From an uncultured Chloroflexia bacterium (GTDB taxonomy: Bacteria > Chloroflexota > Limnocylindria > Limnocylindrales > CSP1-4): a DNA stretch of 64,000 nt. The notes under the pieces are model-generated. The model did not search any database. It was given only the letters and a program-made list of their open reading frames with translations, and was not told the origin of the DNA. Position 1 is the stretch's first letter, and every line of letters starts with the position of its first letter. The stretch lies in contig CAVPPB010000004.1 in the NCBI GenBank assembly GCA_963707215.1, forward strand, positions 1 through 64,000, written 5' to 3'. The position numbers and the translations under genes are program-made. This document shows, in pieces, positions 19,197 through 27,648 of this stretch.

Positions 19197-20850
19197 TCGA
19201 CACGTCGACGGCCTGGCGCCCGGACCGCCGCGAGGCGTGGGCCTCAGCCGGGCTCGTCGCCCTCGTCGCCCTGGCGGCCGGGCTGGTCGCCGCCTCCGCC
19301 ATCGTCTTCCCCAAGCCCGAGGACACCGCCTACTACGTCGGCGTCGCCCGGAACATCCTCGAGGGGCGCGGCATCGTGTCCGACGCGATCTGGAGCTACG
19401 GGACGCCGCCGCTGGTCTTCCCGCGGCCGGCCTTCGAGGTCTGGCTGCCCCTGCCGAGCCTCCTGGCACTCGGGCCGATGTGGCTGTTCGGGACGACCTT
19501 CGCCGCGGCGCAGTGGGTCGGCCTCGCTGCGGGTGCCGTCATGGCCGTCCTCGGCTGGCGCCTGGCCGCCGACGTCGCCACCGAGCGGGCGATGCCGCCC
19601 GGGCGCGGGCGGACCCTCGCTCTCGGAGCGGGCCTCACGACCGCCGTCTACCTGCCGGTGGCCCTCTCGGCGGCGCTGCCCGATTCGACGCTGGTCTTCG
19701 GGGCGATCGTCCTGGCGGCCGGCCTGCTCATGACCCGGGTCCTGCGCGATCCTCGGGACGCCCGCCTGACCGATCCCCGGACCTGGGCGATCGGCCTGCT
19801 CCTTGGCCTCGGCGCCCTGACCCGCAACGAGGCGATCTGGCTGGCCCTCGCCTGGGCCGTCCTCGTCGTGCTCGATCGCACGCTCGACCGCGCGGCCAGG
19901 GTCCGCCTCGTCGGCCTCGCGGCGGCCGTCTCGATCGCGGTCTACGTCCCCTGGGCCGTCCGCGACTGGCTGGCCTTCGGCAGCGCCTTCCCGGGGCAGG
20001 CGCTCGACAACGCCCTCTCGATCCGGGGCACGGATATCTTCGCCTGGTCGGACCCGCCGACCCTGGCCCGTTACCTGGACCAGGGTATCGCGACCCTCCT
20101 GGGCCTCCGGGTCACCGGGACCCTCCACAACCTGCTCAACGTCCTGCTGTTCCTCGGCATCCCGGTCTCGATCGTCGGGTTGCTGGGGCTGCCATGGGCG
20201 GCCCGGCTGCGGTCCCTGCGACCCCTCCTTGTCTACGCCGTCCTCACCTTCCTGGTCGCCAGCCTGGTCTTCCCGGTCGCCACGACCTGGGGGACGTTCC
20301 TCCACGCGGCCGGGGCGATCCACGTCCTGCTGGTCGTCAGCGCCCTCCTCGCGCTCGACGCCCTCATCGTCCGGATCGGCGTGCGTCCGCGGCTGGACCC
20401 GGCCCGTGGCCTGGCTGGGGGCGACGTTCGCGATCGTCGGCTCCATCCTCTTCTCGCTCGCCCTGCTGCCGAGCTTCGCGGCCGGGTCGCGCCAGACGGA
20501 GGCTGGCCTACGAGGCGCTGGGACAGGTCCTGGCCGAAGCCGGCATCCCGCTCACGCCCGGCGAGCCGGTCATCACCGACTTCCCGATCTGGCTGGCCGA
20601 GACGTGGCGCCAGGAGGCGCTGGCCCTGCCCGACGAGTCGCCCGAGAGCGTCCTCGACCTGGCGGCCGCCTTCCCCGGCACCCGCACGCTGGTCCTGTTC
20701 GGGGGCCTCCACGAGCGCTGGCCCGACACCCTGGACGCTGGCGAGCCCGGCAGCGAGTGCTTCGACGAGGTCGCGCTGCCTGTCCCCGCGGATCCGGACG
20801 CGGCCGAGGCCCTCGACGGGGTCCGGGCCTGGCGGATCGGTTGCCCATGA
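19193..20850 (+). CDS. GT39/ArnT-like GT-C glycosyltransferase, paralogue of the upstream gene, frameshifted
   Basis: PEDTAYYVGVARNILEG, VWLPLPSLL, LTRNEA, PWAVRDW and WGTFLHA parallel the upstream protein; breaks near 20385 and 20500; ends WRIGCP*. Confidence 0.78.
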
Positions 20851-20921
20851 CCGGCGAGCGTTCGCCCGGGACGGAGCGACGGCAGGGTGGGGGCGAGACC
20901 GCCCCGTATACTCGGCCGCGG

Positions 20922-21908
20922 ATGGACGCTGCGCGCGCCGTGACCGGAACGGGGGACGACCACTTCGACGGCCTGCACGCCGAGGCCAAGGCGGCGGTAT
21001 CCCGCGCCGCCAACGATCTGCGGGCGGTCCGTGACCGATATCGGACGGCCTACCTCGACGAGCTGACGCGTGGCACGCCGCGCGCGACGACGCGGACCGG
21101 GCCGACCGGCCGACCAGCCGACCTGGGCCTCCACCAGCAGGAGCTCTCGAAGCTCGACCTGGCCGGGCAGACGCTCGAGCAGACCTGGCTCTTCCTCGAG
21201 CGCGGCGATCGATCGCTGCTCGCCGACGCCGCCGACCCGGAGCTGCCGGCGGACGCCCGGATGCGGATCGTCGAGGCCCGCGAGGCCGAGCGCAACCGGA
21301 TCGCCCAGGAGGTCCACGACGGACCGGCCCAGGCCCTCAGCAATGCGATCTTCCAGGTCGAGTACATCGACCGGGTGCTGGACCAGGACCTCCGCCTGGC
21401 TCGGGCCGAGCTGCGCTACCTCCGCGACCTCCTTCGCCGCGAGCTCGGTGGCGTCCGCAGCTTCATCAGCCAGCTCCGGCCACCGGTCCTCGACTCGCTG
21501 GGCCTCGACGGGGCGCTGGCCGACACCGTCGAGAACCTGACCGCCCTGACCGGGCTCCCGATCGAGCTCCGCCTGGAGGCGCCGATCGACGCACTCGACC
21601 CGGCCCAGCAGACGGTCGTCCTGCGGGTCGTCCAGGAGGCGCTCCAGAACGTCCGCAAGCACGCCGCGCCGACGACCGTGCGCGTGGCGACCCGGCTCGA
21701 GGCCGACACATGGGTCGCGGAGGTCATCGACGACGGACGAGGATTCGACCCCGAGGCGGTGGCCGCCCAGCGCGGCCGCAGCTTCGGGCTCCAGTTCATG
21801 CGCGAGCGATCGGACCTGATCGGGGCCCGTTTGGAAGTACGATCGAGACCGGATGGCGGTACCGTCGTCCGGCTGGCCATCCCCCCTGGAGGTGAGAAGG
21901 ACCGATGA
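20922..21908 (+). CDS. Soluble DegS-like sensor histidine kinase (HisKA_3 + HATPase_c)
   Basis: EAERNRIAQEVHDGPAQALSN H-box, LRPPVLDSLGL, QEALQNVRKHA N-box, DDGRGFD G1, FGLQFMRER, GGTVV; no TM segment. Alternative start ATG 20847. Confidence 0.9.
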   Translation: MDAARAVTGTGDDHFDGLHAEAKAAVSRAANDLRAVRDRYRTAYLDELTRGTPRATTRTGPTGRPADLGLHQQELSKLDLAGQTLEQTWLFLERGDRSLLADAADPELPADARMRIVEAREAERNRIAQEVHDGPAQALSNAIFQVEYIDRVLDQDLRLARAELRYLRDLLRRELGGVRSFISQLRPPVLDSLGLDGALADTVENLTALTGLPIELRLEAPIDALDPAQQTVVLRVVQEALQNVRKHAAPTTVRVATRLEADTWVAEVIDDGRGFDPEAVAAQRGRSFGLQFMRERSDLIGARLEVRSRPDGGTVVRLAIPPGGEKDR

Positions 21909-22648
21909 GCGAGACCTACACCGGCCCGGACCGGCGCCGCGGCGGCCCGGATCGGCGGAACCCGGAGGAGCGGACCCGGATCCTCCTCGTCGACGACCAC
22001 GCCCTGTTCCGGGTCGGGATGCGGAACATCCTGGAGCGCGAGGACGACTTCGACATCGTCGGCGAGGCGGACGGCAGCCGGACGGCGATCGACGCCGCCA
22101 CCGAGCTGAGCCCCGACATCATCCTCATGGACCTCTCGCTGCCCGCTCCGGGCGGGATCGAGACGACCCAGCGGATCAAGCGCGAGCTGCCGTCCTGCGG
22201 GATCGTCATCCTGGCGACGGAGGAGGGCGAGGAGGAGCTGTTCGAGGCCATCAAGGCCGGCGCGGCCGCCTTCATCCTCAAGGACATCGGCCCGGACGAC
22301 CTGGTCACCATCATCCGCCGGGTGAAGGTCGGCGAGTTCCTCATCAACGACAAGGTCTTCGCCCGCCCCTCGGTGGCCACCAGGGTCCTCAAGGAGTTCC
22401 GCGAGCTGGCCGTCTACGGCACCGAGTCGACCCAGATCTTCGCCCCGCTCTCACCCCGTGAGATCGAGATCCTCGACAACATCGCCCAGGGCATGACCAA
22501 CAAGCAGGTCGCCTACGAGCTCGGCATCTCCGAGCAGACGGTCAAGAACCACATGAGCTCGATCCTCCGCAAGCTGGCCGTCAACGACCGGACCCAGGCC
22601 GTCGTCTACGCGATGCGCCAGGGCTGGATCAAGATGCCCGAGGATTGA
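21905..22648 (+). CDS. NarL/DegU-family response regulator
   Basis: ILLVDDHALFR, ILMDLSLP (phospho-Asp), FILK, and LuxR HTH LSPREIEIL...GMTNKQVAYELGISEQTVKNHMSSILRKL. Confidence 0.93.
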   Translation: MSETYTGPDRRRGGPDRRNPEERTRILLVDDHALFRVGMRNILEREDDFDIVGEADGSRTAIDAATELSPDIILMDLSLPAPGGIETTQRIKRELPSCGIVILATEEGEEELFEAIKAGAAAFILKDIGPDDLVTIIRRVKVGEFLINDKVFARPSVATRVLKEFRELAVYGTESTQIFAPLSPREIEILDNIAQGMTNKQVAYELGISEQTVKNHMSSILRKLAVNDRTQAVVYAMRQGWIKMPED

Positions 22649-23802
22649 TGACCGACGCGTCCTCGCTCCCGGCACCCACCTCCCTGCCCGGCCTGGCCCA
22701 GCGGCTGGAGGCCGAGCTCGCAGCGCTCGACTCCGAGCTCTCGGAGATCGACCTGCTCGTCGCCCAGGCCAGGACCGAGTCCGGCCGCCACGAGGCGCGG
22801 CGAGCCCAGGCTGCCGACAAGCTCGCCGGCAAGGGCGGCAAGGGTGAGGCCAAGGATCTCGTCGAGGCCTACTCCCAGCTGGCCATCCTGACCCGTCGAG
22901 CCGCGGTCATGGAGGCCCAGGTCGAGGTCCTGGAGGGCAAGCGCAAGGTCCTGTCCCGCTACCGTGACTCGCTGGCCGGCTACGCGGCCGCCATCGGGCC
23001 GCTCGCCGCCGGCGGCGTCCCCGTCGGCGGTGAGGATGGCGCGGGCGGTCTCGACCCGGACGCACCCCCGGCCGTCTCCCGGGCCATCCTCCGGGCCCAG
23101 GAGGATCTCCGCCGCGAGATCGCCCGGGCGATGCACGACGGCCCGGCCCAGAGCCTCACCAACATCGTCCTGCAGGCCCAGATCGTGGACCGCCTGCTCG
23201 ATCGCGACCCGGCCTGGGCCCGTGGCGAGCTGGCCCAGCTCGGCTCGATGGTGGAGCAGACGCTCGAGGCCACCAAGACCTTCATCTTCGACGTCCGCCC
23301 CATGGTCCTCGACGACCTCGGCCTCGTGCCGACGCTGCGCCGGATGACCCGCGAGCGGAGCCAGCGCGGTCCGATCCCGGTCGCCTTCGAGACGGTCGGC
23401 GTCGATCGGCGGCTGCCTGCCGACACCGAGAGCGGTCTCTACCGGATCGTCGACCAGGTCCTGGGCGCCTACCTGGCGGCTGGCCCCGACCGGATCGAGG
23501 TCAAGCTCGACTGGGGTGACGAATCGCTGGCGCTGGACATCGCCGCCAGGCGGATCGAGGTCGAGCCGGTCGAGGACGAGGAAACGCCGCCACCACCGGC
23601 CGAGGACCTGCCGCCGGCCCTGGCCGAGATGATCGAGGACCGCCGCCGGGCCGCTGCGCCCGTCCAGCCCGAGCCGATCGAGCTGCCGGACGCGACCTGG
23701 CGCGACGTGTCCGCCCGGGCGGCCTCGATCGACGCGACGGCCGAGCTGACCGACGGGGCGAGCCGGATCCGGATCGAGCTGGCCGTCCCGGCCGCCGACT
23801 GA
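22645..23802 (+). CDS. DegS-like coiled-coil + HisKA_3 protein with degenerate ATPase domain
   Basis: N-terminal coiled coil, RREIARAMHDGPAQSLTN H-box and VRPMVLDDLGL; the N-box position reads RIVDQVLGAY and no DxGxG motif is present. Confidence 0.8.
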   Translation: MMTDASSLPAPTSLPGLAQRLEAELAALDSELSEIDLLVAQARTESGRHEARRAQAADKLAGKGGKGEAKDLVEAYSQLAILTRRAAVMEAQVEVLEGKRKVLSRYRDSLAGYAAAIGPLAAGGVPVGGEDGAGGLDPDAPPAVSRAILRAQEDLRREIARAMHDGPAQSLTNIVLQAQIVDRLLDRDPAWARGELAQLGSMVEQTLEATKTFIFDVRPMVLDDLGLVPTLRRMTRERSQRGPIPVAFETVGVDRRLPADTESGLYRIVDQVLGAYLAAGPDRIEVKLDWGDESLALDIAARRIEVEPVEDEETPPPPAEDLPPALAEMIEDRRRAAAPVQPEPIELPDATWRDVSARAASIDATAELTDGASRIRIELAVPAAD

Positions 23803-23811
23803 GGATCCCTC

Positions 23812-23973
23812 GTGAGCCTTGCGCACGGCTTCGGCCAGGGCATCGTCGAGTACGGTCTGATCCTGGCCCTGGGCGCCCTCCTGGCGATCGCGGTCCTGGT
23901 GCTCTTCCCGGACGTCGTCGCGGAGGTCGTCCGCTGGGTCGGCGAGACGGTCGATGCGGCCACGGGAGCCTGA
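23812..23973 (+). CDS. Flp-family type IVb/c pilin-like protein (53 aa, below the ORF-track cutoff)
   Basis: Manual translation: VSLAHGFG|QGIVEYGLILALGALLAIAVLVLFPDVVAEVVRWVGETVDAATGA*, with G|xxxxEY Flp motif and RBS GAGGA. Confidence 0.8.
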   Translation: MSLAHGFGQGIVEYGLILALGALLAIAVLVLFPDVVAEVVRWVGETVDAATGA

Positions 23974-24048
23974 CGGGCGGCCGGGATCTGGCGGCCGGGC
24001 GATCGGCCGCTCGGCCCACCGTCGGCGACCGATGGTACGAAGGTGCTA

Positions 24049-24078
24049 TTCACCCGCCGGCTGACCCCCTCGTATCGT
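24049..24078 (+). promoter_or_regulatory. Putative sigma70 promoter of the pilin at 24128
   Basis: TTCACC-18 nt-TATCGT upstream of RBS GGAGG. Confidence 0.4.
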
Positions 24079-24127
24079 GATGTCGCCCAAGCTTGGGGCA
24101 GCAGCACTCATCGAGGGAGGTCGCCAC

Positions 24128-24298
24128 ATGGCGCTCATCCAGTCGCTCCTGGCCATGTTCAGCCAGGATGAAGAGGGCCAGGGGCTCGCCGAGTACGCCC
24201 TGATCCTCGCCCTCATCGCGATCGTCGCGATCCTCGCCCTCATCTTCCTGGGCGGCCAGATCAGCGGCATCCTCAGCAACGTCGGCAACTCGGTCTAG
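24128..24298 (+). CDS. flp: Flp pilin
   Basis: MALIQSLLAMFSQDEEG|QGLAEYALILALIAIVAILALIFLGGQISGILSNVGNSV; RBS GGAGG. Confidence 0.92.
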   Translation: MALIQSLLAMFSQDEEGQGLAEYALILALIAIVAILALIFLGGQISGILSNVGNSV

Positions 24299-24313
24299 CA
24301 CCGATCCGCTGAC

Positions 24314-24357
24314 ACGACGCCCCCCTGGGCTCCGGCCCGGGGGGCGTCGTTCGTTTC
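24314..24357 (+). terminator. Intrinsic terminator after pilin 24128
   Basis: Hairpin ACGACGCCCCCCTGGGC-TCCG-GCCCGGGGGGCGTCGT followed by TCGTTT. Confidence 0.75.
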
Positions 24358-24392
24358 CGGGGCGCCCGGGCACCATAGGGAGGTTAGGTAGG

Positions 24393-24421
24393 TTGACACC
24401 CGCGACGACGGCACCTATGGT
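24393..24421 (+). promoter_or_regulatory. Sigma70-type promoter of the pilin at 24489
   Basis: TTGACA (24393)-17 nt-TATGGT (24416). Confidence 0.7.
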
Positions 24422-24488
24422 CCGGGTCGCTCCCGACGCCGCACCCGGCTCGGGGGACTTCGACGGGGAAGGAGGTGAACCAGACACC

Positions 24489-24659
24489 ATGACGCTTCTC
24501 AACGCCATCATCTCGCTCTTCCAGTCCGACGAGGAGGGCCAGGGGCTCGCCGAGTACGCCCTGATCCTCGCCCTCATCGCGATCGTCGCGATCCTCGCCC
24601 TCATCTTCCTGGGCGGCCAGATCAGCGGCATCCTCAGCAACGTCGGCAACTCGGTCTAG
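24489..24659 (+). CDS. flp: Flp pilin (mature part identical to 24128..24298)
   Basis: MTLLNAIISLFQSDEEG|QGLAEYALIL...NSV; strong RBS AAGGAGGTG. Confidence 0.92.
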   Translation: MTLLNAIISLFQSDEEGQGLAEYALILALIAIVAILALIFLGGQISGILSNVGNSV

Positions 24660-24674
24660 CACCGATCCGCTGAC

Positions 24675-24718
24675 ACGACGCCCCCCTGGGCTCCGGCCCG
24701 GGGGGCGTCGTTCGTTTC
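24675..24718 (+). terminator. Intrinsic terminator after pilin 24489 (copy of 24314-24357)
   Basis: Same GC hairpin plus TCGTTT. Confidence 0.75.
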
Positions 24719-24782
24719 CGGGGCGCCCGGGCTCGGTGGCGCAGCCGCGCACCGACAGGACTCCCGGGCTACTCGAGGGCTA

Positions 24783-24812
24783 TTGACAGCCCCTCGCTGA
24801 CGTACCCACGAT
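24783..24812 (+). promoter_or_regulatory. Putative sigma70 promoter of the pilin at 24895
   Basis: TTGACA (24783)-18 nt-CACGAT. Confidence 0.5.
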
Positions 24813-24894
24813 GGCGGCGCCAGAGCCGGGGGACCGACCGTCCTCGGGTGTGCCTGCCGCCATCCGGCAGAGCCGGCAGAAGGGAGGTTGGTGG

Positions 24895-25107
24895 ATGCCA
24901 TCGCTGGACCGCATCGTCCTGGAGCTTCGTTCATTCATCCATCGTTTCCAGGTTCGATCGACCGAGGGCCAGGGTCTTGCCGAGTACGCGCTCATCCTTG
25001 CACTCATCGCCATGATCGCCATCGTCGCGTTGCTCTTCCTCGGCCAGATGATCAGCGGCGTCGTCTTCGATCACATCGGAGGCACGCTCGAGAGCAAGGT
25101 GAGCTGA
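24895..25107 (+). CDS. flp: Flp pilin (divergent)
   Basis: MPSLDRIVLELRSFIHRFQVRSTEG|QGLAEYALILALIAMIAIVALLFLGQMISGVVFDHIGGTLESKVS; RBS GGGAGG. Confidence 0.88.
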   Translation: MPSLDRIVLELRSFIHRFQVRSTEGQGLAEYALILALIAMIAIVALLFLGQMISGVVFDHIGGTLESKVS

Positions 25108-25139
25108 CGCCTTCGGGCTCGGTTCTCCAGGCACCGACG

Positions 25140-25166
25140 CCGGGGTCACCCATCGGGTGGCCCCGG
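25140..25166 (+). terminator. Hairpin after the pilin array
   Basis: CCGGGGTCACCC-ATC-GGGTGGCCCCGG. Confidence 0.55.
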
Positions 25167-25353
25167 ACCCGTTCCTGGCCATCGACACGCCCGGGCACGG
25201 CCGCACGCGCCGGACCTTGCCACGGACCTTGCGGGGCCCGTCGCGTTCCTACCATATCCTCCGATGGTCCTAGCCCGTTCGTATAGTCGCGTCGGCTCGG
25301 TCCGATGCTAGAGTGGTGCCACCTGTCACACGGTCACCGGGGAGACATGTGAG

Positions 25354-26259
25354 TTGAAGCGCTCGAATCGGCTGGTCATCCTGATCGGCATCTTCCTTGC
25401 CGTCGTCGCCTTCGTCGGCGTGTTCATCCTGCTCTCGAACGATGGCGGAGGCGGAGGCGGGGACAACCAAGGCAGTCGGACGACGACGCCCACCGTCTTC
25501 GCGGCGAAGGACATCCCCATCGGCACCCAGGTGACCGCGGACCTGCTCCGCGTCGAGGAGGAGTGGCCCAACGACCAGCGAGCCGCCGATGCCTACAGCA
25601 CGCCCTCGCTCGTCATCGGGCAGATCGCCCGCGTCCAGATCCTCAAGGACCAGCAGCTGACCGCCAGCGCGTTCGCGAGCACGGCCGGGCTGACGACGGT
25701 GACCTGCCCCGAGACCCTCCGCTGCATCGCCGTCCAGGTGGACCAGGTGACCGGCGTCGGGACTCTCATCCGGGCCGGCGACTATGTCGACGTGCTGGTC
25801 GGCTTCACCGGCGACAAGTTCCCGGTGGTCCAGATCAACCCGGATGACGACACGATCACCCCGGTCGCCGGGATCAGCGGCACGACCGTCAAGCTCCTGC
25901 TCCAGGGCCTCCAGGTCCAGGGCGTCCTGCTCCCGCCGCCGCCCGCAGAGGACGGGAACCAGGATCAGGCACAGGAAGGCGACGCGCCGACCAGCCTGAC
26001 CGGCCAGCAGGAGATCGTGATCCTGGGCGGGACCGCCCAGCAGGTCGAGGTCGTCAAGTTCGGCCAGATGGACGGGCAGATCAGCCTCGTCCTCCGCTCG
26101 ATCAAGGACTTCCAGGACCCCAACGACCCCACGATCCCGGTGACGCCGATCCCGGACGTCACGACCGGCGTCATCCTCAAGACCCTGGTCGACGACTACG
26201 GGGTCCTCGTGCCCGAGATCATCGAGCTCATCCTGCCCGAGGGCGCACCCGCCCCGTGA
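25354..26259 (+). CDS. cpaB: Flp pilus assembly protein CpaB/RcpC
   Basis: N-terminal TM, SAF domain (VFAAKDIPIGTQVTADLL), IAVQVDQVTGVGTLIRAGDYVDVL, ISLVLRS. Confidence 0.88.
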   Translation: MKRSNRLVILIGIFLAVVAFVGVFILLSNDGGGGGGDNQGSRTTTPTVFAAKDIPIGTQVTADLLRVEEEWPNDQRAADAYSTPSLVIGQIARVQILKDQQLTASAFASTAGLTTVTCPETLRCIAVQVDQVTGVGTLIRAGDYVDVLVGFTGDKFPVVQINPDDDTITPVAGISGTTVKLLLQGLQVQGVLLPPPPAEDGNQDQAQEGDAPTSLTGQQEIVILGGTAQQVEVVKFGQMDGQISLVLRSIKDFQDPNDPTIPVTPIPDVTTGVILKTLVDDYGVLVPEIIELILPEGAPAP

Positions 26260-26275
26260 CGCCGCGGCTCGGTTC

Positions 26276-26306
26276 GACCGGGCGCCGGGTCCCCCGGCGC
26301 CCGGTC
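26276..26306. terminator. Perfect 14-bp hairpin between cpaB and cpaE
   Basis: GACCGGGCGCCGGG-TCC-CCCGGCGCCCGGTC; no U-tract, so it may be a stabiliser or processing element. Confidence 0.45.
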
Positions 26307-26356
26307 CGCCGGGACAAGACCATCCCCCACACTTGGAGCGCATTCGCGACCCGCTG

Positions 26357-27613
26357 ATGACCGACCGGATCCGCGTCCTCATCGTCGACGACATCCCGGA
26401 GACGCGCGACCACCTCACGAAGCTCCTCGGCTTCGAGAGCGACATCGAGGTGGTCGGCGCCGCCGCATCGGGTGCCGAGGCGATCGAGCTCGCCGAGCGC
26501 GTCTCCCCCGACATCGTCCTGATGGACATCAACATGCCGGACATGGACGGGATCGCGACCACCGAGCAGCTCGTGACTCGCGTCCCCACGGCGGCCGTCA
26601 TCATGATGTCCGTCCAGGGTGAGGCCGACTACCTGCGCCGCTCGATGCTGGCCGGAGCTCGCGAGTTCCTGGTCAAGCCCTTCAGCTCCGACGAGCTGAC
26701 GGCGTCGATCCGCCAGGTCAGCTCCCGCGAGCGCGAGAAGCTGAGCCGGATGGCGGTCGCGGCCGCCCCGACCGGAGCGTCGCCCAACGGTCATGACGAC
26801 GGGCAGGGCGAGCCGGGCATGGTCATCGCCCTGTTCAGCCCCAAGGGCGGGGTCGGGCGGACGACGATCGCCGTGAACATGGCCGTCGCGGCTCACCAGG
26901 AGCTGGGGCGCGACGTCTGCGTCGTCGACGGCTCGCTGCAGTTCGGCGACGTCGGGGTCCTGCTCAACCTCAACCCGAAGAACAAGTCCATCGCCGACCT
27001 GGCGCCCGAGCTCGAGGCCGGTGAGGCGGATTCGCTGGACACCTTCGTCGTCACCCACTCGTCCGGTATCAAGGTCCTGCTGGCTCCGCCCTCGCCGGAG
27101 ATGGCCGAGCTGGTCAGCCCGGCCGGCCTGCGGCGGGCGATCGACGGCCTCCGGATGCGCCACGAGCTCGTCATCGTGGACTGCCCCTCGACGTTCAACG
27201 ATTCCACGCTGGCCGTCCTGGACGCGGCCGATCTCGTCCTGACGGTCCTGAGCCTCGAGATCACCAGCATCAAGAACATGCGCCTCTTCCTGGAGGTCGC
27301 TGACCAGCTGGGCTACGAGAAGGGCAGCATCCAGCTGGTCCTGAACCGGGCCGACTCGACCCTCGGCATCCGGGTCACCGACGTGGAGCACTCGATCGGC
27401 CGCAAGGTCGATCACACGATCGTCTCCGATGGCCGCAGCGTGGTCTACGCGCTCAACCGCGGCATCCCGTTCTACATCAGCAACCGGGAGGCCCAGGTCT
27501 CCCAGGACATCCTCCGGCTGGCCAAGGCGGTCGCCGGTCCGATCGAGCATCCGACGACGGGCAGGTCCGAGGAGCGGGCCGCCCAGAAGAAGTCCCTCTT
27601 CGCATGGCGATGA
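26357..27613 (+). CDS. cpaE: CpaE/TadZ-like receiver domain + ParA/MinD-type ATPase
   Basis: REC domain VLIVDD...VLMDINMPDMDG...FLVKPF; deviant Walker A SPKGGVGRTT; VIVDCP; LVLNR. Confidence 0.85.
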   Translation: MTDRIRVLIVDDIPETRDHLTKLLGFESDIEVVGAAASGAEAIELAERVSPDIVLMDINMPDMDGIATTEQLVTRVPTAAVIMMSVQGEADYLRRSMLAGAREFLVKPFSSDELTASIRQVSSREREKLSRMAVAAAPTGASPNGHDDGQGEPGMVIALFSPKGGVGRTTIAVNMAVAAHQELGRDVCVVDGSLQFGDVGVLLNLNPKNKSIADLAPELEAGEADSLDTFVVTHSSGIKVLLAPPSPEMAELVSPAGLRRAIDGLRMRHELVIVDCPSTFNDSTLAVLDAADLVLTVLSLEITSIKNMRLFLEVADQLGYEKGSIQLVLNRADSTLGIRVTDVEHSIGRKVDHTIVSDGRSVVYALNRGIPFYISNREAQVSQDILRLAKAVAGPIEHPTTGRSEERAAQKKSLFAWR

Positions 27614-27648
27614 GCGAGGTCCCCTCGGGGGCGGAAGGGGAGTAGGCG

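Larger units (their letters stand above)
24173..24732 (+). repeat. 199-bp direct repeat, copies at 24173-24371 and 24534-24732
   Basis: By eye the copies are identical from GAGGGCCAGGGGCTCGCC through the stop codon and terminator to GGCGCCCGGGC; offset 361 bp. Confidence 0.92.

Noticed and set aside
24173-24732. Repeat with hairpin as a CRISPR array or IS ends
   Set aside because: Only two 199-bp coding copies; no spacers, cas genes or transposase.
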